From assembly GCF_000143415.4 (NCBI RefSeq), contig NW_003314452.1, forward strand, positions 14,652 through 78,651: 64,000 nucleotides of DNA, written 5' to 3'. Below are positions 13,680-22,775 of this stretch, piece after piece. A model generated the notes under the pieces. The model was given only the letters and a program-made list of their open reading frames with translations, was not told the origin of the DNA and did not search any database. The DNA is from Selaginella moellendorffii (taxonomy: Eukaryota; Plantae; Lycopodiophyta). How positions within the stretch are numbered: position 1 is the first letter of the stretch; every line of letters starts with the position of its first letter. The translations under genes were made by a program, and so were the position numbers.

Positions 13680-14986
13680 TTTAATGCCAAACTCATAATA
13701 CTCTTCATGTTATAGAAGGACAATTGGAGTCAATTGTAATTTCCCATCTATTTAAGTTGGTGATGTTGATTTGATAGGGCCTTTTTCCATAGTCAATTCA
13801 TGGCAATGAATATATCATTATTGCCTTTAACTACTTGATTCATTGGGTTGAAGCCAGTGCTTTTACTAGTGGACTTGTGACTATTGTTAAATACTTCTTC
13901 CAAAATTGAGTGGTATTTTAGCATTCATGTCTATAGTAGATTCTCTCAAATAAAGTCTCATATTTATAGTTAAGATATTTCACATTTTAATGTCTTAGCT
14001 AAGGATACACAACACTTTCACAAGTGCTTATCATTTATGAACCAATGGTTTGGTATAATAGCTTATTCAGACTTTCAAAAGGATGATTAGGATTTAAATT
14101 GGGATGATTATTTGCCACTTCTTTAGTATACGTATGGCATAGGGGTACAAAGTTTCATTAGTGCTTCACTATATAAACTTCTATATGGTCATGATTTGAT
14201 ATTATCAATGGAGTTGAATTCACCTTTACAATTGCTATGAACTACCAATGCTAAGTCTTAGGATTAGTGTTTGACGAGCATTTTTCCACTATTCAAGTAG
14301 CATTTATTAAACATTTAGTATAGCACACATGGTTTTCACCCTTTATTCTATAGTGATTTATTATAGGATAACTATGAAGCAGAACCTAAATTTTTTATAT
14401 GCCACATGTCCAAAAATAGCGGAGTGGAACCCGAGTTTTAGGGCCTTAATCCATTAAACAAAGGAATGGAATCAAACTCCCAAGCTTGCAGCTAAGGAGC
14501 GAAGGAACTAGAGTATAGAGCGACTCTTGAGCATTTAGCCCAAGAAGAAAAAGAATAGAAGCATGAAGTGACATAAGAATAGTCCTAGAGCATCAAATAT
14601 CCTAATGCCAAGATTAACACACAAAATGGAGCTAAACAGAGCCAAATAAAGTTTAGTGCTATTTTAGCATATCAGTGGCTTAACACAAGGATATGGGTAC
14701 TCCACTAGCTAGTATGGTATAGAACTTGGGTTAAACCGAATGCAAAACAAAAATAGGTATGCAAATAGGAGCTAGAGTATGCCTTAGGTTAGAGTATGCC
14801 TTAGGTTCCAAAAGGAGAAGATGATATAAGGTTCAAGTGTATGGTTACAATGCCATTTATATTATTACCGTAATGGGATTTTGATAGCCATTGAATTTGT
14901 TTCAATTTAGATCACTAATAATTGAATATAAATATTTAACTAAATGAATATGCATATTTTTATATTTTATATCCATGCACTTACAG
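13680..14986 (+). mobile_element. Older G1-family integrase fragment with PPT and LTR, interrupted by a family-L LTR (~14330-14800)
   Basis: 13690-14310 is a diverged homologue of 7360-7990; 14810-14986 resembles the G1 PPT plus LTR (GGAGAAGATGA TATAAGGTTCAAGTGTA...GCACTTACA). Confidence 0.75.
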
Positions 14987-15817
14987 ATTTTCTTTTTATT
15001 TTGCTTTACAGAGTAAAGTAATATACCTAGATATCTAAATATATTCTGGGATATTCTCTAATCTAAGGGCTCTTAAACTTTCTCTAATTAACTTGTAATC
15101 AGTGTTTAAAGTTAATTGTCTAACTTATCACTAATGTAAATAATCTATATTGAAAAAGAATTAACACTTATTAACACTAACTTGTAACAAAATGCCAATT
15201 TAAACCTTAAAAATAAATTTAAAATTAACATCATTAAGCCCTCCACACTCATGGTTTCATTCTGTAATATAGAGGGCACAAAATCCAGCCGTCTAAGATT
15301 GATGGCCTGATGGTTAAACACAAAAGAACTTAAGAGAGTTAAACATTGTTTAAAAAGAGGAGTAGTGTATTTTAAATAGTACAACAAATTATTTAAAAAG
15401 AGTAGTACTCAATGGAATTTAAGGATTGGTTCCTTGAGGTATGGAAGAAACTAGAAACCTAGACAGATAAAATTGATAGATCAATTCCTCTCTCTCTCTC
15501 TCTCTCTCCATTTGTTTGTTTCTTTCTATGATTTTGCAGAGTCCTCAAAAAAAGGTACTTGGCATTGAGGTTCCACCATAGGCAAAAAGAAACTCTGTTG
15601 ATCTTTTATAGGGAAACGTTTTCCTACAGGCCTTTCTGAATTGAATCCACGAAACCTGGAAGTCAAAACAAGAGAGTAGCTTCAGAACACTTAAAAGCTC
15701 ACCCCTGCAAGTTCTGTTGTGGTGAGTGAATGGTCAAAGGTGCGAATATTCTCTCTACAAAAATTTGAATAAGTTTTTCTACATTTCCACGGAATACGAG
15801 TCATTTTTTAGGGCATC

Positions 15818-16313
15818 ATGAAGAAAACACTCATTCTCGATCTAGACAATCCACTGGTATATGCTCATAAGGATCTCATCTCTTCTGTAGATTTCAGCAT
15901 GGAATTTGACGATGATGCACCACTCCACATCATGAAGAGATTAGGTGTAGATGAATTTCTGGGGAAGGTTTCAAATGTGTACGATATCGTGGTGTTTAGT
16001 GCCGCCCAGGAGAAGTATGTCAACCTTGTGGTTGACCATCTGGATCCTACTCGGAGGCTTGTGTAGAGGAGGCTACATGGTGGTAATTGTGTTGTTCTAA
16101 AGGACAGGATGAAAGTCAAGAATCTTGACCATGTAGGGTTTCGGGATTTCAAGCAGGACTTCTTGGCGGATGTAGCCCCTTTCCTTCTTGCCCTGCCAAA
16201 GTGTGTGGACTTTACCGAAGTTACCCATCGCTGGAATATTGGACAATGTGGAGAAGCAAGGCAAATTGTATGTCCCAGATCCATTCGATGATGAATGGGT
16301 TGTGTTTAACTGA
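15818..16313 (+). pseudogene. FCP1/SCP-like phosphatase pseudogene (older duplicate, copy A)
   Basis: Paralogue of 19994-20581 with DLDNT->DLDNP, RPG->RLG, premature TAG at 16064-16066, a ~90-bp internal deletion and a frameshift. Confidence 0.92.
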
Positions 16314-16539
16314 TTATTGTATTTTGTAATATATGTTATAATTTTCCCCCCAATAGTTTATGGAAGTGACTTTCGAGGATTTCCTGCATGTCTTGTGTAA
16401 AACAAAATGGTAAAACAAGCCAAAAGAACACCAAGTTTTCAAGCTCTTCTGCTTCAAAAGTGTATCATCCTAGTAATGAGCTCACAACTTTTGCTTGACC
16501 GAGCCTGAAAGAGATTGGAAAAAAAGAGCTACCTTCTAG

Positions 16540-16752
16540 TACTTGATATATTAGGCAAACATGAAGGCAAAGAAGACCGGGAAGCCGACCAAGACACCCA
16601 CGACAACACCCAAATGTCATGTCGTAGCCAAAGTAACTCTCCACAAACGCCTTGACAGTCATGTATCACGCATTGGGTGTCATGAGGCGCACAAGATCAT
16701 TTGCATACTGGGATCCGATCCAGCCATACAAATCCAATAGTGATCCACATTC
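16540..16752 (-). pseudogene. C-terminal fragment of a PDR-type full-size ABCG transporter
   Basis: Frameshifted translation YWIC...YG.IGSQY...TVKAFVESYFGYD...GVV.GVLVGFPVFFAFMFA*YIK matches the conserved C-terminus of plant PDRs. Confidence 0.8.
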
Positions 16753-18210
16753 TCGGAAAGTCCAAGAAAAAGCAAAAAGCTGTTTATATCCAACCTAGGT
16801 TTGGTGGTCAACACTAAACCAAAAACAATGAAGATGAATAGGACGATGTTATTGTCCCTGCCCTACAAGTATTTTTACGTGTTTTTGTTTGCAGCAGAGG
16901 AACCGCGGTACTGAATATCCACATTCTGGTATTGAAATTAAGGTCACTTGAGCGATTAGTTTTTAGCTGATCAAAACGGTTGTAATGTACAATGTTTAAA
17001 TCGTGATTTTCATTTGTGAATACTTTAGTGTTCTTAATTTGGATTTTCTTTACATTTCGCTTTATAGGTATAAAGAATATACCTAAATATCTAAGTATAT
17101 TCTAGAATATTCTCTAATCTAGCATATAAAAAACTATGAAGTTCTTTATTTTGCCTCATATCTAGAACTGGAAGAGTATCAAGTAAAATTTGAAAAACTA
17201 TATAAAACTGAGAAACTCTATATTATCCTATAAATTACAAGGATTAACACTGACAAAGAGTCTAAAATTAACATCATTAATCTAGAGGGCACAAAATCCA
17301 ACTTCTGGACGTGTTTTAAGATTGATGTCATGATGGTTAAACACTAAACAACTTAAAAGAGTTAAAGTTTGTTCTAGCTATTTGAAAACTTGCCTCAATC
17401 TAACCAAGCACCTAGCTTCATTATTTGTTATTCTTTGCATTCAAGTATGCAAAGAAATCAGTGGAATTTAACGATTGGTTCCTCAAGGTATGAAAAAAAC
17501 AAGAAACCTGGATCAATTCATATATATATATTTCTCTCTCTCTCCATTTGACTCTTCCTTTCTATAATTTTGCAGACTCGTCAAAAAAGGGGCTTTGAGG
17601 GGGCAAAAAGAAACTCATTCACCCTGTACCAACAGAACTTGCAGGGGTGAGCTTTTGAGTGTTCTGAAGCTACTCTCTTGTTTTGACTTCCAGGTTCCTT
17701 GGATTCAATTCAGAAAGGCCTGTAGGAAAACGTTTCCCTGTAAAAGGGTCAACAGGTCAAAGGTGTGAATATTCTCTCTACAAAAATCAACAATCCCGCC
17801 ATTTTCTTCATCGCATCTCCCGAGAATTGGGATAGCTCTCCAGCTTCCACTCGATCTCTGCCCACTTGAGGTGAGATGCATGGACCCTACAAGAAGCCAG
17901 CCGTGGACACCACGCTGTTGCATCTCCCGTCAATGTGCTGTTTACCAATCCTGTTCCTTGAACCGAACCTGACTACAAGAATGTCGGAAGCCCTTGAGTT
18001 GTTCAGCAACCTTGATCGAGAACAACTCGGCCTGGCAGAAATGCAATGAACTGGCAACGAATTCATATTTCTGAATCGAAATCAGCATGCTGAAAAAGAC
18101 CAAGACTACAAAGATGACAAAAAGGAGCAAGTAAATCTAAACAACTACAACGATCAGCTGCAAACAGACATGTTAGAAGCCAAGCAGAGAATCAGAGTAA
18201 TGAAAGAAAC

Positions 18211-19569
18211 TCACCAAACAGATTGCCAGGCAGGATCGCAGAGGATGTCGCGCGCGGATGGACGCTGGTCGCGTCTTGCTGCGACCAGCTCCAACACCTT
18301 GGGCGCAATTGATGGGTGTTGGTACGCCCAGTCTGCTGGTAAAACGCCATCCCGGACGTCAATCAATACCGACTCCCTTTCCTACACAGATTCACCGAAC
18401 TAAGCAAGCACGTTGCACAAACTGCAGCCAAACCTGGTCCGGGGGACACCTCCAATGAAGTTCGAAGAGTATAACTCCAAGCGCAAGCATGTCAGTGTAG
18501 GTTGAGTTGCTCCGGCGCTGGGGAGAGTAGTAAACTGCTCTCCCCTTCTTGATATTTTCGGTCTCGAGCATGGACTCCTTATTTTTAGCTGTAAGCCAAC
18601 AAATGAGAGATGGAAGAGATGTTTCATTTGCCTACCAAGACCGAAATCTCCCAGCTTGATGCGTCCATCGTCTGTGACGAAGATGTTGTGTGGTGCTATA
18701 TCCCGATGAACACCCACGTTGTCGTGCACATGCGCCACAGCTTGAAGAAGCTGCCTAAACGCATCTGCAGGTGGTGACTCACCGCCGAGGAGCACCGACT
18801 GGAGCGAGCGGCCACAAAACTCCATGACAATGTACACTTTCGACTTGCCCGGCTCGCCTTCCTCCTTCCACATGTCGAAGTATTCGACTATGTTGGGGTG
18901 TTCGCAGCGCTGGAGCATCTCTCCCTCCTTGAAGACGAGCGCGACATCCTGGTCTCTGGACTTCGTTGCTGTGCGAACCTTGATGACTTTGATGGCGTAG
19001 ATTTGTTCGTCCTCCTTGCTACGGCACTTGTATACTTTCCCGGACGCCCCCTGGCCAACACAAGCGAGCACTTCGTAGCTGCTGCAGAAGCGGCCTGGAC
19101 AAGAGAGACAAGGGGCCACTCAGAAGCGAAAAGATGCCAAAGAGACAAATTATTGTATCCACCTGCTGCTGCAACTGGAGTCTCCCCTCCCTTTTGGATC
19201 GATTCCACGATCCCGGTCACAACATTCGCCGAGAGCATCTTGAATCTCTCCAAGCGTTGCGCCATTGCGAGGAATTACCGAACATATTCTGCAAGTCATG
19301 AATCAAACCAGCAAAGAGTCGTGTCAGCCAACAAAAGGAATTCCTCGTACCAGCGTCAGGAGCAGCCTGCAACGCGGATGCATCATGATCAGTTTCTCCT
19401 GCTCCTGCTTCAACGAGGATCTTCATCAGACAAGTGCAGATGTTTCAAGTTTTGACCAACCTGATCGAGCTCGGTTAATCGGATCCAGTGGGCGGGTCCT
19501 TTCGAGCATGACGTCGGATCGCTTCTGAGTGTGTAGTTTCTTCGGACCAGCAGCTCTCTTCCTCTCCAT
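18211..19569 (-). CDS. Spliced GCN2/eIF2alpha-kinase-like Ser/Thr kinase, kinase domain only (358 aa model); copy A has an in-frame TAA in exon 3
   Basis: Exons 19569-19461, 19407-19351, 19288-19163, 19094-18636, 18588-18434, 18381-18211. Five GT-AG introns (53, 62, 68, 47, 52 nt), all in phase. Motifs GQGASGKV, YAIK, YIVMEFC, HRDIAPHNIF, DFGLAK, DMLALGVILFEL, ERESVLIDVRDGVLPADW, RPSARDIL. TAA at 19275-19277 is CAA in copy B; ATG 19265 would still give 295 aa with the whole kinase domain. Confidence 0.85.
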
Positions 19570-19896
19570 GGTGGACTCTGGTCAGTGTTAACATTGTGAG
19601 TCATTGCTGAAAGCACAAAAGAGATTGAGGAGTCGTTACTGCACTTATCCAACGGCTGGAGCCTAGAATGCGCACATCAGCTGTCCGTCAATGGATTCAC
19701 AACAAACTTGCTACAATTGCATGCTCACCTCCTTCCGCCTCGCCAACAGTAGGCCGCAAACCAGCAGCGCACTCACCTCTGCCCTTGCCAGACGATCACG
19801 GCAGCCCTAGATTTGGAATCTAAGCTGCATTGAGGATCGACGCGCTCCTCCGGCTCCCTTGGGCTTTGCCAATAGTAGGGTACAAGAATACAAAAG

Positions 19897-19928
19897 GCCA
19901 CGTCGGATAGATTTAGGGCAGACGTGGC
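19897..19928. promoter_or_regulatory. Inverted pair of ACGT (ABRE/G-box-like) motifs in the divergent kinase-phosphatase intergenic region
   Basis: GCCACGTC (19897-19904) and GACGTGGC (19921-19928); conserved in copy B (~44193-44226). Confidence 0.4.
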
Positions 19929-19993
19929 ACCTTTAGTCACCTTTTGTGGCCCTTCTTCATTTCCACGGAATACAAGTCATTTTTTAGGGTATC

Positions 19994-20581
19994 ATGAAGA
20001 AGACACTCATTCTCGATCTAGACAATACACTGGTATATGCTCATAAGGATCTCGTCTCTTCTGTAGATTTCAGCATGGAATTCGACGATGATGCACCACT
20101 CCACATCATGAAGAGACCAGGCGTAGATGAATTTCTGGGGAAGGTTTCAAAAGTGTACAATATCGTGGTGTTTAGTGCCGCCCAGGAGAAGTATGTCAAC
20201 CTTGTGGTTGACCATCTGGATCCTACTGGGGGGCTTGTGTCGAGGAGGCTACATGGTGGCAATTGCGTTGTTCTAAAGGACAGGACGAAAGTCAAGAATC
20301 TTGACCATGTAGGGTTTTGGGATTTCAAGCGGGTGGTGGCACTGGATGACATTATTGACTTCTACCAAGGTCATCAAGAGAGCGTGGTGGTGGCTCCAAA
20401 GTTTGAGGGGTCAAAGGATGACCACTTCTTGGCAGATGTAACCCCGTTCCTTCTTGCGCTGTCAAAGTGTGTGGATTTTACCAAAGTTACCCATTGCTGG
20501 AATATTGGACAATGTGTGGAGAAGCAAGGCAAATTGTACGTCCTAGATCCATTCGATGATGAATGGGTTGTTTTTAACTGA
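19994..20581 (+). CDS. Intronless FCP1/SCP (NIF-domain, HAD family) CTD small phosphatase-like protein, 195 aa, copy A
   Basis: KKTLILDLDNTLV (DxDxT), KRPGVDEFL, VVFSAA..KYV..VVDHLDP, KNL...DFKRVVALDD; complete ATG-to-stop ORF. Confidence 0.9.
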   Translation: MKKTLILDLDNTLVYAHKDLVSSVDFSMEFDDDAPLHIMKRPGVDEFLGKVSKVYNIVVFSAAQEKYVNLVVDHLDPTGGLVSRRLHGGNCVVLKDRTKVKNLDHVGFWDFKRVVALDDIIDFYQGHQESVVVAPKFEGSKDDHFLADVTPFLLALSKCVDFTKVTHCWNIGQCVEKQGKLYVLDPFDDEWVVFN

Positions 20582-20992
20582 TTATTGTATTTTGTAATAA
20601 ATGTTATAATTTTCTGCCAAAGTGTAGTTTATGCAAATGAATCTTAGTGAACTTTTGAGCTCAGGATTTCCTACATGTCTCATGTAAAACAAAATGGCAA
20701 AACAAGAAAAACAGCACACCAAATTTTCAAGCTCTTTTGCCAAGGAAATCCCCTTTACATTGAGAGCCCACAGCTTTGCAACACCCCATGAACACCAATA
20801 GGAGCACGTGCCCACCTCAAACAACAAGCGAGACTTCAAAAAGGACATCACTGATCCAACATTTGATGCCGGAGGATAAGATGCTTAGAAGACTGATTGC
20901 TTCTGAGTTCTTTTATGTCTGTTGTTTAGTGCCTATGTGAAGCTATTGACAAAAATGTGATGATCCATATGAAGCTCTTCACAGGATCATGA

Positions 20993-21024
<32 letters not shown>
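20993..21024. repeat. (GA)n microsatellite upstream of PPR
   Basis: Directly visible; shorter in copy B (45280-45301). Confidence 0.9.
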
Positions 21025-21074
21025 TGTCTTTGCCATGACATCCAGCGAAGTAGCAAGAGGAGTGATCGCGGTGC

Positions 21075-22460
21075 CTCCTGCAGGCATCTCCACGCCAAAT
21101 CGCGACTCTTCTGCACCAATGTGGTGATTCCAAGTCCCTCCCGCGAGGGAAGCTCTTGCACCGCCGCCTGGCCGCCACCCTCGACCTACGCCACCACCCC
21201 TTGTTCAGCAATCTCCTCATCCTCATGTATGGCAAGTGCTCCAGCCTCCCGGACGCATGGTCCGTCTTCCACGATCTCGTCCACAAGAACGCCTTCTCCT
21301 GTAACATCATGATCTCGATTCTCTGCGCAAACGGCCAGAGCGTGCAAGCGATTCATCTCTTCCTCGCCCTCGCCAGCGATTCAGTCGTCCGCCCCACCGT
21401 CTCGTTCGTCGCCACGCTCGCCGCCTGCGCCAATTGCCCCGATCTCCAGTCGGGCATCCGGATCCACGCCCAGATCATCGCCGCGCCACCCGCGATCGCG
21501 AGCAATCCAGTCGTGTGCTGCGCCCTCTTAACCATGTATGGGAAATGCGGCAGCCTGGCAGACGCGCGGAAGGTCTTTGATGACATGCCGCGCAAGACGA
21601 TAGTCGCCTGGAGCGCGATGCTGGCTGCTTGGGAAGAAATGCATAATACAGCACCCCTCACTCTTACGTGGTTGCCCCTTTGCCACGCTCACTCCTCGCG
21701 TCCTCCGTGGCAGCACGCCTCACTCTTACGTGGTTGCCCCTTTGCCACGCTCACTCCTCGCGTCCTCCGTGGCGTGTTTAGTCACGCCCAGCTCTGCACC
21801 CTAAATGTTTAAGAGAACCCATTGCCGCGATCATTAGGTTCCATTAAACTATGTCTTTGAAAGGGATTCTCTTAAACATCACGATTGCATCGTTAAACTC
21901 CACAATTGCACCTAGGAGGCTGTTCCACAAGCAGCAGTCCCACTCGGGCATCTCAAAGATTTATCTCTTTAATTTATAATAATGAGGTGGCATGCGCAAG
22001 TAAGCAATGAGGTGGCATGCAAATCCAAATAAACAAATGGGGCCCACCCTAAATAAGGGGGGGTGCTGTATTATGCATTCTACCCGCTGCTTGCACCAGA
22101 AATCCCGATCAGGGCGGGCTCCCCGCTGCGATCGAGCTCTATCGCCAGCTCGGGGATGCCGGCATCGGCGCGGACTGGAACACTGCGATTGCCGCAAATG
22201 CCCATAATGGGCAGTTTAGAGCGGCGATTGCGCTGCTGTGGAAGTTGGATCTGGAAGGGATCGGGCCTGATATGGTGACGCTGACTGAGATCCTGGCAGC
22301 GTGTTCTTGGAAGCAGGATAAAGCACAGGGTATAAAGATCCACGGAGCGTACTTGCTCGTGTGGCTGGGAGCGTAATGTTGTCGCTGGAACCTCTATCGT
22401 CAACATGTATGGAAAGTGTGGCAGAATCAAGGAAGCATCAAGGAAGGAAGCAAGAATCTA
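21075..22460 (+). pseudogene. PLS-class PPR pseudogene (copy A), interrupted by a MITE and frameshifted
   Basis: MYGKCSSL..AWSVF, MYGKCGSLADARKVFDDMP..TIVAWSAML, MYGKCGRIKEA; 454-bp insertion; extra G at ~22345. Confidence 0.9.
21632..22085. mobile_element. Non-autonomous TIR element (MITE), 454 bp, 8-bp TSD
   Basis: TSD GCTGCTTG (21624-21631 and 22086-22093); ~26-bp TIRs GGAAGAAATGCATAATACAGCACCCC / GGGGTGCTGTATTATGCATTCTACCC; empty site in copy B at 45906-45913. Confidence 0.95.
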
Positions 22461-22775
22461 AAATTATTTTTTGTTTATCATGGCCTTTATAAAAAAAATT
22501 AAAATATTTTCTTTTCATAATTTATATACCTTTATTTATATGTTGTTACATTTTATGCCAAGTTTCATATCATCAAAGAGATAATGGCTGAAGAACTAGT
22601 TTATAACTTGCACATAAAGATAGAAAATTATTTACTGGACAATAATATTTATATTCAAAAGTTAATTCAAATTTGTAAAACAACTAACCAGAATTATCTT
22701 GATTCTCTATTTATTTAAAAACTTCCAAATTCTTTTTGTTTATATCTTGGCTTACTATTAATTGAAATATAGAAA

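Noticed and set aside
18400-19119. 239-aa ORF-track kinase as the real CDS
   Set aside because: It starts at a GTG inside an intron and reads into the next intron after DFGL; the spliced model restores subdomains VIII-XI
18898-19455. 185-aa + strand ORF antisense to the kinase
   Set aside because: Starts at TTG, has no recognisable motif, and is typical of a shadow ORF on GC-rich coding DNA
20740-20851. Possible WD40 (Prp4-like) fragment CSWGVAKLWAL on the minus strand
   Set aside because: Too short to support without a search
22771-22775. Target-site duplication for G1
   Set aside because: The left flank AGAAA does not match the right flank CACAA (8570-8574)
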